Shown: positions 17,274 through 31,977 of the stretch, piece by piece
Numbering within the stretch: the stretch's first letter is position 1
How the letters are laid out: every line of letters begins with the position of its first letter
DNA from: Eledone cirrhosa
Taxonomy: Eukaryota
Length of the DNA: 64,000 nucleotides
Assembly (NCBI GenBank): GCA_964016885.1
Contig: OZ024741.1
Location: forward strand, 116,250,001 to 116,314,000
Direction of reading: 5' to 3'
Notes under the pieces: generated by a model
What the model was told of the DNA's origin: nothing
Databases searched by the model: none
The model's input: the letters and a program-made list of their open reading frames with translations, nothing else
Program-made: the position numbers and the translations under genes

Positions 17274-20200
17274 ATCATCATCAACGTTTAACGTCCGTGT
17301 TCCACGCTTGCATGGGTTTGGACGGGGGTAGTCCCACTTGAGGCAAGAGTTATTGTCTTGCTCGCATAGGACTGTCTAGCAGGTTTTCTACAGTTGGATG
17401 CCCTTCCTAACACCAACCACATTTACAGTGTGGGTCTGGGAGGTGTTTACCGTGTTGCCTACACGGCCACATTACAGCGTGGACTGTCTGGCGGGTTTTC
17501 TACAGCTGGATGCCCTTCCTAACACCAACCACATTTACAGTGTGGGGCTGGGAGGTTTTTACCGTGTTGCCTACACGGCCACATTACAGCGTGAACTGTG
17601 TGTTTTTTTGTCGTGACACCTACACGATCTCATTTGTTTCGGCCTGGATGGCGCGGCACCAACATAACTTTACATAGAACGGGGTGGTGTGGATGGGGCG
17701 GGGGTGGGGGTGGTGGCGGGGTGTATTTTGTTAGAGATGCCTACTGGCAAGGCGGGTCTTCTCTGTTACTGAGTACCGCCAAAGGTCTCGGTCCAGTGAC
17801 ATTGTCTTGGAGAGGTGTAAGTGTGTGAGGTCGGAGTTTATCAGCTCGTCCCAGGTTTTTCTAGGTCTGCCTATTCCGTGGCTACCGTCTATCTTTATTG
17901 CCCTGCACTTTGTTATACAGCTATCGACTTTCATGCGCATCACGTGTCCATACCAACGTAGCCTTCTCTCGAGTAAACAACATCTGATCCCTCTTATCTC
18001 TAATTTTTTCCTTAGTTCGTTTATGCTTTGCCGTTCACGTATATTACTGTTACACATCCAGCGGAGCATGCAAGCTTCATTCCTCTCTAGTCTGCGTATA
18101 TCCTCTGCACACAATGCCCAGGTCTCACTGCTATGCAACATTGCTGTTCGTATGCAGGCATCGTACAACCTGCCTTTCATTTTTAGGGAGAACCCTTTAG
18201 CAGCTAATAGTGGTATAAGCTCTCTGAACTTTTTCCAACCAGTTCTGACTCTAGCTACAGTACTTTCAGAGCACCCTCCCCCACTGCTGATTTTATCGCC
18301 CAGGTAACGGAAGCTGTCTACTATTTCTATAGAACCCTCTGCGCAATCAATTGAAAGAGCTAGTATTTTGTGGGCACTTGCTGCTACTTATTGCACCAGA
18401 ACACCGGCCACATGTAAAATCTATGTTCTTAGTTAGCTTACCTGTGATCCCACTACATCTTTTATGCACCCATACTTTGCATTTAGGACATAAAATGGAG
18501 TTTCTACCTACGCCTTTCCTACACACTGAGCATGACCATTTCCCAGAAGGGACCGCCGCCTTGTTTTCTTTCCTACAAACTAGTACTTTGGTCTTAGCCA
18601 GGTTAATTTTAAGTCCTTTTGACTCTAGGCCGTGCTTCCATGTTTGGAATTTCTTCTCTAGCTCGGCCATTGATTCCGCTATGAGTGTCAGGTCGTCTGC
18701 GTATAGGAGTTCCCATGGGCAGCCTGTCTTGAACTCCTCTGTTATAGCCTGAAGGGCAATAATAAATAGTAGGGGGCTGAGAACAGAGCCCTGATGGACG
18801 CCAACTTTTACGCTAAACTCTTGACTATATTCGTTGTTAATTCTAACCTTGCTGACTGTTTCTTTATACATGGCTTGTATAGCCCTCACAAGCCATTCGT
18901 CAACGCCTAGTTTTCTAAGAGCCCACCAGATAATGGAGCGGGGGACTCTGTCGAAGGCTTTCTCCAGGTCGACAAAAGCTAAGTAGAGGGGTTTACCTTT
19001 AGCTAGGTACTTCTCCTGTAGTTGTCGTACTATGAAAAGAGCGTCTGTGGTGCTTTTGCCTGACACAAACCCGAACTGCATTTCATCTAGGTCAATTCTC
19101 TCTCTGATTAGTTGCGCTATTACTTTTTCCGTGACCTTCATGACCTGGTCGATTAATTTAATGCCTCTATAGTTACTCCTATCTAGGGCGTCTCCTTTAC
19201 CCTTATAACAGTTAACGATGATGCTGCTATGCCAGTCCTTCGGAACAACCCCATTCTGTACGACTTGGTTAACTATGCGGGTGACCATGGTGTGTCCCAC
19301 CGTGCCAGATGCCTTCAGCATCTCAGCAACTATTTCCGAAGGCCCAGCCGCCTTACCCGTCTTCATATCCTTGATTGCCTTACTTATTATACTCCCCTCG
19401 ACTAACACTGCTGGTCCCTCTATTGGGTCAATATGGGGGAGACTGTCTTTCTCCCATTTATTCTCCTCATTTAGTAGCCTTTCATAGTGACACTTCCAAG
19501 CTACCTTCTTATCAGTGTCGGTGATGGCAAGTATGCCATCATCGTTAAGTACACACTTCTCCCCGACAATATCACGGTTTTCCTTGACGCATTGCCTAGC
19601 AATCCTGAACACCTCACGTTTTTTGTCATCGCGTTGTAGAACATGCTTGAACTTTCTTTCCTCAGCTTCCCTTCTTGCTAAGTACACTTCTCTCCTAGCT
19701 TCCCTCCTGGCCACTTGATAGTCTACTCTACTTCCCCCATCCCGCCATACTTTCCAAGCCTGCTTTTTGGCCTTAATTGACCCCTCCACCTTACTGTTCC
19801 ACCACCATGTTACTCTCCTCCTGCCTACAGGCCTGCTCCAGCCACAGACTTCGTCTGTCGCCAACAGCAGGTTTGCTTTCAGAAATTCCCACTGTCCCTC
19901 TATATTGTCCGACTCTAGATGCTCTTCCTTACTGTCGAAAGCATCAAGTAATATGCTTTGAAATTTATTTCTGGCTGTGGGGTCCTTTAGCTTCCATATT
20001 TTCCTCCTGAGGATAGTCCTCTTCTGCTGTCGAGTACGTCTCGTCCTGACTATGAGGTCGCTAATTATCAGTCTATGTTGGGAGGTGCATTCTTCATGGG
20101 GGAGGGATTTAGTGTTTACAACAGACACTCTGTCACGTCTTCTGGTAAGGATATAATCTACCTGGCTTGTGTGTTCCCCGGATCTATAGGTGATCAGGTG

Positions 20201-21420
20201 ATTGTCACGTTTTTTGAAGTTAGTGTTACAGATAGTTAGGTTATTTGCATCACAGAATTCCAGGATTCTGGAGCCTTCCTCATTTCTAGTACCAAATCCA
20301 TAGCCTCCATGGATTTCGTCGTAGCCGTCACAATGTTGTCCAACGTGACCATTTAGGTCGCCTGCAATAATTATATAATCACTGTCAGATATTTGGGAGG
20401 TAGTTAGCAACAGTGTCTCATAGAATCTGTCTTTTATAGTGCCGGGCAGTCCGGATTGGGGTGCGTACACAGATATTACTGTCACCGTAGTTCTATTGAG
20501 GACAAGTCGTATTTTAATTATTCTGTCGTTCACTCTATTTACGTCTATTATCTTATCTGCCCACTTATCTGCTACCATGATTGCTACTCCACCCAGCCCA
20601 TCGTCGTTTCCCACCCAGAAAAGCTTATAACATCGTTTTTTACCCTCAATGAATCTAGCAGACCCACCCCTCCACCTGGTCTCTTGAATACAACAAACAT
20701 CGACCTCCTTACGTTCAAGCATTTCTACAACCTCGTTAGCGCGACCCTTTATGGTACCAACTCTGAAGTTTTGGATTGCGTTTGGAGGGTGGGGGTGGTG
20801 GGGGGCGGGGGGAGACGGGGTTATGTTAGCCATCCGCGGACGAAACAAAGAGGAGTGCTCGCATTCTCGTCCACGAGGTGAATTTGACTTTAACTTTGGC
20901 ATTTTCGCTCTGAGCGTCCAGATTTTTCACTCCCTTCCACTCTCCAGGATTCCGCAGTCCATCCATCCATCCATCCATCCATCATATATCGAAGGCAACC
21001 GGGCAAGCGATAGTATAGGCCTCTGGCTTATGATTGGTCCGCGTAATAATAATAATGGTGATGCGTGGGGGGGGGGGGGCTCTGGCTTATAATAATAATG
21101 GTGATGCGTGGGGGGGGGCTCTGGCTTATGATTGGTCCACGTATTAAGAATGGTGGTGTGTGGGGGCGGGTGGGAGGGGTGTGGGGTAGCTAGCTGGAAG
21201 GTTATGAATGGTTTAACAAGCGATTAACAAAAAACAAAACTGCAAGATTTGTTCTATTCAATACGACAAAAACACCGTATTTAAACCTTAAATAAATAAC
21301 AAAAAATACAGATTTCGGATTTTGCGAGATTGGATGTTTGGACTATGTACGAAATTGAGCGTGGAGTAGATAGAAAAATGTGTACGTTACGATTACATGG
21401 GTACACCGTAGTAGGAATAA
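17274..21420 (-). pseudogene. Near full-length RTE-A LINE, disrupted by a 4-bp insertion near 18345 and a 15-bp in-frame deletion at the endonuclease N-terminus
   Basis: ORFs 20902-18347 and 18180-17731 are co-linear with the intact copy; gcgcaatcaattg vs gcgcaattg; lacks five residues of GTINVGTL. Confidence 0.9.
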
Positions 21421-21471
21421 TTGAAGCAGCGATGGATTGGCGAAAGTGAATAAACATGAAGGAGAACTTAT

Positions 21472-21522
<51 letters not shown>

Positions 21523-21724
21523 AGCTAAGAGAGAGAGAGAGGGGAAGGGGAAGAGAGAGAGAGGGGAAAGGGAAGAGAGAGAGAGAGGGGAAGGGGGAGA
21601 GAGAGTGTGGCTGACCGCAGCCCCTCGTGGAGTAGATGGAGGGTGAAGGGTGTAGAGCGGATTTTTTGACTTTCGAAGTAGCATAATATATATATTTAAA
21701 GTAATTTATAAGAAGTAGAATGGG

Positions 21725-22123
21725 AATATATACATACACATATATATATATATACATACATACATATATACATACACATATATATATATATATACATACA
21801 TACATATATACATACACATATATATATATATACATACATATATACATACACATATATATATATATATACATACATACATATATACATACACATATATATA
21901 TATATATACATACATACATATATACATACACATATATATATATATACATATATACATACACATATATATATATATATACATACATACATATATACATACA
22001 CACATATATATATATATATATATACATACATATATACATACACACATATATATATATATATATATACATACATATATACATACACATATATATATATATA
22101 TATATATACATACATATATACAT

Positions 22124-22158
<35 letters not shown>

Positions 22159-22591
22159 CATATATACATACACATATATATATATATATATATACATACA
22201 TATATACATACACATATATATATATATATACATACATATATACATACACATATATATATATATATACATACATATATACATACACATATATATATATATA
22301 CATACATATATACATACACATATATATATATATACATACATATATACATACACATATATATATATATATATACATACATATATACATACACATATATATA
22401 TATATATATACATACATATATACATACACATATATATATATATATATATACATACATATATACATACACATATATATATATATATACATACATATATACA
22501 TACACATATATATATATATATACATACATATATACATACACATATATATATATATATACATACATATATACATACACATATATATATATAT

Positions 22592-22624
<33 letters not shown>

Positions 22625-22625
22625 C
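21725..22625. repeat. (TACATACATATATACATACACATATA..)n compound microsatellite
   Basis: Direct. Confidence 0.95.
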
Positions 22626-24311
22626 ATTATCTGGTGGTCTCTTAGAAAACTAGGTGTTGACGAATGGCTTGTGAGAGCTATACAAGCCATGTATAAAGAA
22701 ACAGTCAGTAAGGTTAGAATTAACAACGAATATAGTGAAGAGTTTAGCGTAAAAGTTGGTGTCCATCAGGGCTCTGTTCTTAGCCCCCTACTATTTATTA
22801 TTGCCCTTCAGGCTATAACAGAGGAGTTCAAGACCGGCTGCCCATGGGAACTCCTATACGCAGATGATCTAACGCTCATAGCTGAATCAATGACCGAACT
22901 AGAGAAGAAATTCCAAACATGGAAGCACGGCCTAGAATCAAAAGGCCTTAAAATTAACCTGGCTAAGACAAAAGTTCTAGTTTGTAGGAAAGAAAATATG
23001 GCGGCAGTCCCATCTGGGAAATGGCCATGCTCAGTGTGTAGGAAAGGCGTAGGTAGAAACTCCATTTTATGTCCCAAATGCAAAGTATGGGTGCATAAAA
23101 GATGTAGTGGGATCACAGGTAAGCTAACTAAGAACATAGATTTTACATGTGGCCGGTGCTCTGGTGCAATGAGTAGCAGCAAGTGCCCACAAAATACTAG
23201 CTCCTTCAACTGCGCAGAGGGTTCTATAGAAATAGTGGACAGCTTCCGTTACCTGGGTGACAAAATCAGCAGTGGGGGAGGGTGCTCTGAAAGTACAGTA
23301 GCTAGAGTCAGAACTGGATGGAAAAAGTTCAGAGAGCTTATACCACTATTAGCCGCTAGAGGGTTCTCCCTAAAAATGAAAGGCAGGTTATACGATGCCT
23401 GCATACGAACAGCAATGCTGCATGGCAGTGAGACCTGGGCATTGTGTGCAGAGGATATACGCAGACTAGAGAGGAACGAAGCTTGCATGCTCCGCTGGAT
23501 GTGCAATAGTAATATACGTGAACGTCAAAGCATAAACGAACTAAGGAAAAAATTAGAAATAAGAGGGATCAGATGTTGTTTACTCGAGAGAAGGCTACGT
23601 TGGTACGGTCACGTGATGCGCATGAAAGACGACAGCTGTATAACAAAGTGCAGGGCAATAAAGATAGACGGTAGCCACGGAGTAGGCAGACCCAGAAAAA
23701 CATGGGATGAGCTGATAAATTCCGACCTCACACGCTTACACCTCTCCAAGACAATGTCACTGGACCGAGACCTTTGGCGGTACTCAGTAATAGAGAAGAC
23801 CCGCCTTACCTAAATACAAAGTAAAAACCTACTACAGTCAGTAGGCATCTCTATCAAAACACCCCCCCCGTCCCACCACCTCCACCCCATCCACACCGCC
23901 CCTTTCAATGTACAGTTATGTTGGACCCACAACATCCAGGCCGAAACAAATGAGATCGTGTAGGTGTCACGACAAAAAAACACACAGTCCACGCTGTAAA
24001 TGTGGCCGTGTAGGCAACACGGTAAAAACCTCCCAGCCCCACACTGTAAATGTGGTTGGTGTTAGGAAGGGCATCCAGCTGTAGAAAACCCGCCAGACAG
24101 TCCACGCTGTAATGTGGCCGTGTAGGCAACACGGTAAAAACCTCCCAGCCCCACACTGTAAATGTGGTTGGTGTTAGGAAGGGCATCCAACTGTAGAAAA
24201 CCCGCCAGACAGTCCTATGCGAGCAAGACAACCACTCTTGCCTCAAGTGGGAAAACCCCCGTCCAAACCCATGCAAGCGTGGAACACGGACGCTAAACCT
24301 GATGATGATGA
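22626..24311 (+). mobile_element. 5'-truncated RTE-A LINE (RT C-half with YADD and PHD finger to 23813; 3'UTR with 112-bp duplication)
   Basis: [19 protein letters not shown]; (GAT)n tail. Confidence 0.9.
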
Positions 24312-24366
24312 TATATATATATATATACATACATATATATATATATATACACATACATATATACAT

Positions 24367-24419
<53 letters not shown>

Positions 24420-24524
24420 CATATATACACATATATATATATACATATATACATATATATATATATACATACATATATATATATACGCACACATATATAT
24501 ATATATATACACATACACACACAC

Positions 24525-24569
<45 letters not shown>

Positions 24570-24597
24570 CATACACACACACATATATAGATACATA

Positions 24598-25133
24598 TGA
24601 TGGGTGCCCCATCGTTTTCGAGTATGGCCATTACACGATATAACTTTATTAATAATTATCAATTAATGCTATTGTGCAATACCTGTGCGTGAAGATATAT
24701 TAAAGTGAGGAAAGACTGTGCACTGAGCCAATCCCACTCTCTGAGCGACAGTAGCTATAACCCGAAAAGAAGAAAAGATCAACATCATCGCTAACTACTG
24801 AGCCTCAGGTTTTATATTGGAGTTATTCCAGTTTCCTGAGTTGCCTTCTACTAGAAGAATTCCCTGACAAAAGCTAGGGGTCCTTCCCGCCCAGTGGTTT
24901 AAATGCGCGGTACATGTGTATATACATATTTACACACTTTTGGATTGGCTGTTCACTCTTATGAGTTCTTCCGCCATTTCTCAGGTTTTGTTTTTTATCC
25001 TGCAGGGTGTCCAAAATCACCCTCCTCACCAAGTAAACTTGGTGGTGTTGCTGGTTTAGTCGCCGCTGCCGACCCGACCATGCAACAGATTATACTGGGT
25101 TACATGTTACCAGTAGCACTCAAGTGTGACCCG
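24598..25133 (-). mobile_element. Second, diverged copy of the bipartite RTE-derived element
   Basis: Co-linear similarity to 11685-12257 (tcaccctcctcaccaag, gtttagtcgcc, gacccgaccatg). Confidence 0.6.
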
Positions 25134-25224
25134 ATATATATGTACATACATATATACATACATATATATCTATACATACATATATATATACATACATATA
25201 TATCTATACATACATATATATATA

Positions 25225-25348
25225 CAGGCAAGGCAGCTGGGCCTTCGGAGATAGTTGCTGAGATCTTGAAGGCATCTGGAATGGTGGAACATACTATGGT
25301 CACCCGTATAGTTAACCAAGTAATACAGAATGGGGTCATACCGAAAAA
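25225..25348 (+). pseudogene. Small internal RTE-A RT fragment
   Basis: GKAAGPSEIVAEILKASG..MVTRIVNQV. Confidence 0.75.
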
Positions 25349-25427
25349 CTACATATATATACATACATATACATATATATACATACATATACATATATAT
25401 ATATACATATGCATACATACATATACA

Positions 25428-25750
25428 CATCATTTCATCATCATCATTTCATTTTACGTCCGCTTTTTCCCTGCTTGCAAGGGTGAGACGGGAACTGATT
25501 CTGGCTTGATTTCTACAGCTGGATACCCTTCCTAACACAAACCTCATTTACAGTGAGTGCTGGGTGCTTTTTTGCCGTGGCACCTCCATGACCACTTTGC
25601 AGTGGAATGATATGGACCCCAGTCCCTATCATCTCATTTCTATAGCTGAGTAAACTGGAGCAATGTGAAATAAAGTGTCTTGCTCAAGGAAAAAACATCA
25701 CCCGGTCTGAGAATTGAACTCACAACCTTTCGATTGCAAGGCCAATGCTC
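25428..25750 (-). mobile_element. 5'-clipped CORE-type SINE with RTE-B tail
   Basis: Same motifs as 3887-4202. Confidence 0.75.
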
Positions 25751-25762
25751 ATATATATATAT

Positions 25763-26640
25763 TGAAAGTACAGTAGCCAGAGTCAGAACGGGATGGAAAA
25801 AGTTCAGAGAGCTTATACCACTATTGGCCGCTAAAGGTTTCTCTCTAAAAATGAAAGGCATTGTGTGCAGAGGATCTGTGCAGACTGGAGAGGAACGAAG
25901 CATGCATGCTCCACTGGATGTGTAATAGTAATATATGTAAACAGCAAATCATAAATGAACTAAATGAAAAATTAGGTAGAAGAAGGATCAGATGCTGTTT
26001 ACTCGAGAGAAGACTATGTTGGTATGGTCACGTGATGCGCATGAAAGACGAGTGCTGTATAAAAAAGTGCAGGGCGATCAAAATTGATGGAAGTTACGGA
26101 GTAGGTAGACCCAGAAAAACCTGGGACAATTTGATAAATTCCAACCTTACACACTTACACCTCTCTAAGACAATGTCACGGGATCGAGATCTTTGGCACC
26201 ACGCAGTAATACAGAAGACCCGCCTTGCCTAAGCACAAAGTGAAACCTACTGTCAGTAGGCACCTCTTAACCAAATATACACTCCCATCCCACTACCCCT
26301 ACCCCCATCCCACTACCCACACCCCCATCCCCATCTACACCACCCCTTTCTCTGTAAAGTTATGTTGGTATCACAACATCCAGTCCTAAATAAATGAGGT
26401 CGTGTAGGTGTCACAACAAAAAACACACAGTCCACGCTGTAATGTGGCCGTGTAGGTAACACGGTAAAAACCTCCCAGTCCACACTGTAAATGTGATTGG
26501 TGTTAGGAAGGGCATCAAGCCATAGAAAACCTGCCAGACAGTCCTATACGAGCAAGACAACCAATCTTGCCTCAAGTGGAACAATTCCAGTCTAAATCCA
26601 TGCTAGCATGGAAGATAGTCGTTAAACGATGATGATCATA
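25763..26640 (+). pseudogene. Older RTE-A 3' fragment with an internal deletion and 3'UTR
   Basis: [17 protein letters not shown]..., deletion at GGCA microhomology near 25858, GRPRKTW, tail. Confidence 0.85.
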
Positions 26641-26657
26641 ATGACATACACACACAT

Positions 26658-26690
<33 letters not shown>

Positions 26691-26694
<4 letters not shown>

Positions 26695-26760
26695 TTAAAA
26701 TAACAGATTATCCTTATCGAGCTCTCTTTGGATTTTAGTCTTCAAATTTATTATTATTAC

Positions 26761-26762
<2 letters not shown>
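26691..26762. mobile_element. Miniature derivative of the 33.5-34.5 kb palindromic element
   Basis: tttattaaaataacagatta + tccttatcgagctctctttggattttagtcttcaa match 33577-33596 and the reverse complement of 33490-33538. Confidence 0.65.
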
Positions 26763-26794
<32 letters not shown>

Positions 26795-27294
26795 GAGAGG
26801 AGGGGCAGAGTGACAGACAGATGATAATAAAGCATTAACACCAAGAATGAAACGATGAATGTAAATTTAATGTTTCTTTAGATCGATATAAAGCTACAAA
26901 TTCATATTAAGATGTATTAGGTGACTAAGTAAATGACTAGTGTTTTTTTACTACCCTATAAAGTGCTTTTTAAATGCTCAAGACACGCTCAATGTTACTA
27001 TGTTGCCCCTCCATACACAGACATACATAGCCTATAAAGAAGAAAATCATAGTCAAGAGTGAAAGGAAATAAATTAATAATAAATAATAGTGCCAATGTT
27101 AAACATTCTGAAAAAAATCGATTAGTTAAGAATTTCGTAAGAATTACAGCTTCGCTGTCTAGAATCTTAGAATAGTCTAGTTGGGTGAGTGGCTGATTAA
27201 TTGCTAAAACGTTATCAAACGATTGGCAGAGACAGCGTTTACAAGTATCCCGACAGAATCTAAGTGCTGAGAGAACACTTCCCACTTACATGAT

Positions 27295-28132
27295 ATATAT
27301 ATATTATATTATATTATATTATTATATATAATATATATTATATATATATATATATTATATATATATAGTATATATATATTATATATATATAGTATATATA
27401 TATTATATTATTATATATAACATATATATATTATATTATATATATATAGTATATATATATTATATTATATATATATAGTATATATATATTATATTATTAT
27501 ATATAACATATATATATATTATATAATTATATATAATATATATATATATATTATATTATTATATATATATAGTATATATATATATAGTATATATAGTATA
27601 TATATATTATATTATTATATATAACATATATATATATACATATTATTATATATAATATATATATATATTATATTATTATATATATATATATTATATTATA
27701 TATAACATATATATATATATATTATATTATTATATATATATATATATTATATTATATATAACATATATATATATATATTATATTATTATATATATATACA
27801 TTATATTATATATAACATATATATATATATATATATTATATTATATATATATTATATTATTATATTATATATATATATATATTATTGTATATAATATATA
27901 TATATATATATTATAATATATAATTTATATATATATTATATATATATTATTGTATATAATATATATATATATATATTATAATATATAATTTATATATTAT
28001 ATATATATTATTGTATATAATATATATATATATATTATAATATATAATTTATATATATATTATATATATATTATATTATTATATAATATATATATATATT
28101 ATATATATATATATATATTATAATATATAATA
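27295..28132. repeat. Nearly AT-only (TATTA/TATAA/TA)n array
   Basis: Direct. Confidence 0.95.
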
Positions 28133-31100
28133 TCATCATCATCATCATCATCATCAACGTTTAACGTCCGTGTTCCACGCTTGCATGGGTTTGGACGGGG
28201 GTAGTCCCACTTGAGGCAAGAGTGATTGTCTTGCTCGCATAGGACTGTCTGGCAGGTTTTCTACAGTTGGATGCCCTTCCTAACACCAACCACATTTACA
28301 GTGTGGGTCTGGGAGGTTTTTACCGTGTTGCCTACACGGCCACATTACAGCGTGGACTGTGTGTTTTTTTGTCGTGACACCTACACGATCTCATTTGTTT
28401 CGGCCTGGATGGCGCGGCACCAACATAACTTTACATAGAACGGGGTGGTGTGGATGGGGTGGGGGTGGCGGCGGGAGGGGTGTATTTTGTTAGAGATGCC
28501 TACTGGCAAGGCGGGTCTTCTCTGTTACTGAGTACCGCCAAAGGTCACGGTCCAGTGACATTGTCTTGGAGAGGTGTAAGTGTGTGAGGTCGGAGTTTAT
28601 CAGCTCGTCCCATGTTTTTCTAGGTCTGCCTATTCCGTGGCTACCGTCTATCTTTATTGCCCTGCACTTTGTAATACAGCTATCGACTTTCATGCGCATC
28701 ACGTGTCCATACCAACGCAGCCTTCTCTCGAGTAAACAACATCTGATCCCTCTTATCTCTAATTTTTTTCTTAGTTCGTTTATGCTTTGCCGTTCACGTA
28801 TATTACTGTTACACATCCAGCGGAGCATGCAAGCTTCGTTCCTCTCTAGTCTGCGTATATCCTCTGCACACAATGCCCAGGTCTCACTACCATGCAACAT
28901 TGCTGTTCGTATGCAGGCATCGTACAACCTGCCTTTCATTTTTAGGGAGAACCCTTTAGCAGCTAATAGTGGTATAAGCTCTCTGAACTTTTTCCAACCA
29001 GTTCTGACTCTAGCTACAGTACTTTCAGAGCACCCTCCCCCACTGCTGATTTTATCGCCCAGGTAACGGAAGCTGTCCACTATTTCTATAAAACCCTCTG
29101 CGCAATTGAAAGAGCTAGTATTTTGTGGGCACTTGCTGCTACTTATTGCACCAGAACACCGGCCACATGTAAAGTCTATGTTCTTAGTTAGCTTACCTGT
29201 GATCCCACTACATCTTTTATGCACCCATACTTTGCATTTAGGACATAAGATGGAGTTTCTACCTACGCCTTTCCTACATACCGAGCACGACCATTTCCCA
29301 GAAGGGACCGCCGCCTTGTTTTCTTTCCTACAAACTAGAACTTTGGTCTTAGCCAGGTTAATTTTAAGTCCTTTTGACTCTAGGCCGTGCTTCCATGTTT
29401 GGAATTTCTTCTCTAGCTCGGCCATTGATTCCGCTATGAGTGTCAGGTCGTCTGCGTATAGGAGTTCCCATGGGCAGCCTGTCTTGAACTCCTCTGTTAT
29501 AGCCTGAAGGGCAATAATAAATAGTAGGGGGCTGAGAACAGAGCCCTGATGGACGCCAACTTTTACGCTAAACTCTTCACTATATTCGTTGTTAATTCTA
29601 ACCTTGCTGACTGTTTCTTTATACATGGCTTGTATAGCCCTCACAAGCCATTCGTCAACGCCTAGTTTTCTAAGAGCCCACCAGATAATGGAGCGGGGGA
29701 CTCTGTCGAAGGCTTTCTCCAGGTCGACAAAAGCTAAGTAGAGGGGTTTACCTTTAGCTAGGTACTTCTCCTGTAGTTGTCGTACTATGAAAAGAGCGTC
29801 TGTGGTGCTTTTGCCTGACACAAACCCGAACTGCATTTCATCTAGATCAATTCTCTCTCTGATTAGTTGCGCTATTACTTTTTCCGTGACCTTCATGACC
29901 TGGTCGATTAATTTAATGCCTCTATAGTTACTCCTATCTAGGGCGTCTCCTTTACCCTTATAACAGTTAACGATGATGCTGCTATGCCAGTCCTTCGGAA
30001 CAACCCCATTCTGTACGACTTGGTTAACTATGCGGGTGACCATGGTGTGTCCCACCGTGCCAGATGCCTTCAGCATCTCAGCAACTATTTCCGAAGGCCC
30101 AGCCGCCTTACCAGTCTTCATATCCTTGATTGCCTTACTTATTATACTCCCCTCGACTAACACTGCTGGTCCCTCTATCGGGTCGATATGGGGGAGACTG
30201 TCTTTCTCCCATTTATTCTCCTCATTTAGTAGCCTTTCATAGTGACACTTCCAAGCTACCTTCTTATCAGTGTCGGTGATGGCAAGTATGCCATCATCGT
30301 TAAGTACACACTTCTCCCCGACAATATCACGGTTTTCCTTGACGCATTGCCTGGCAATCCTGAACACCTCACGTTTTTGGTCATCGCGTTGTAGAACATG
30401 CTTGAACTTTCTTTCCTCAGCTTCCCTTCTTGCTAAGTACACTTCTCTCCTAGCTTCCCTCCTGGCCACTTGATAGTCTACTCTACTTCCCCCATCCCGC
30501 CATACTTTCCAAGCCTGCTTTTTGGCCTTAATTGACCCCTCCACCTTACTGTTCCACCACCATGTTACTCTCCTCCTGCCTACAGGCCTGCTCCAGCCAC
30601 AGACTTCGTCTGTCGCCAACAGCAGGTTAGCTTTCAGAAATTTCCACTGTCCCTCTATATTGTCCGATTCTAGATGCTCTTCCTTACTGTCGAAAGCATC
30701 AAGTAATATGCTTTGAAATTTATTTCTGGCTGTGGGGTCTTTTAGTTTCCATATTTTCCTCCTGAGGATAGTCCTCTTCTGCTGTCGGGTGCGTCTCGTC
30801 CTGACTATGAGGTCGCTAATTATCAGTCTATGTTGGGAGGTGCATTCTTCATGGGGGAGGGATTTAGTGTTTACAACAGACACTCTGTCACGTCTTCTGG
30901 TAAGGATATAATCTACCTGGCTTGTGTGTTCCCCGGATCTATAGGTAATCAGGTGATTGTCACGTTTTTTGAAGTTAGTGTTACAGATAGTTAGGTTATT
31001 TGCATCACAGTATTCCAGAATTCTGGAGCCTTCCTCATTTCTAGTACCAAACCCATAGCCTCCATGGATTTCGTCATAGCCGTCACAATGTTGTCCAACG

Positions 31101-31371
31101 TGACCATTTAGGTCGCCTGCAATAATTATATAGTCACTGTCAGATATTTGGGAGGTAGTTAGCAACAGTGTCTCATAGAATCTGTCTTTTATAGTGCCGG
31201 GCAGTCCGGATTGGGGTGCGTACGCAGATATTACTGTCACCGTAGTTCTATTGAGGACAAGTCTTATTTTAATTATTCTGTCGTTCACTCTATTTACGTC
31301 TATTATCTTATCTGCCCACTTTTCTGCTACCATGATTCCTACTCCACCCAGCCCATCGTCGTTTCCCACCC
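28133..31371 (-). mobile_element. RTE-A LINE, 5'-truncated within the endonuclease; ORF open from 31371 to 28490
   Basis: SAYAPQ, GDLN, SQVDY, YRGI, DLEKAFD, YADD, PHD finger; (GAT)n tail. Confidence 0.92.
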
Positions 31372-31858
31372 ATATATATATTATTATATATAATATATAC
31401 ATATATTATATTATTATATATAATATATATATATTATTATATATAATATATATATATTATTATATATAATATATACATATATTATATTATTATATATAAT
31501 ATATATATATATTATTATATATAATATATATATATATATTATTATATATAATATATATATATATTATTATATATAATATATATATATATTATTATATATA
31601 ATATATATATATTATATTATTATATATAATATATATATATTATATTATTATATATATATATATATATATTATTATATATAATATATATATATATATTATT
31701 ATATATAATATATATATATATTATTATATATAATATATATATATATATTATTATATATAATATATATATATATATTATTATATATAATATATATATATAA
31801 TATATATAATTATATATATATATATATTATTATATATAATATATATATATTATATTAT

Positions 31859-31889
<31 letters not shown>

Positions 31890-31939
31890 TAATTATATAT
31901 ATATATATTATTATATATAATATATATATATTATATTAT

Positions 31940-31977
<38 letters not shown>

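Noticed and set aside
17807-20881. Antisense ORFs over RTE copies (repeated at 28.5-31, 35.4-38.5 and 40.8-43 kb)
   Set aside because: Shadow frames that recur only because the LINE copies are near-identical
21600-21680. HDV-like ribozyme near the RTE-A 5' end (GCAGCCCCTCGTGG)
   Set aside because: P3/P1 pairings could not be built, and it lies on the strand opposite the element
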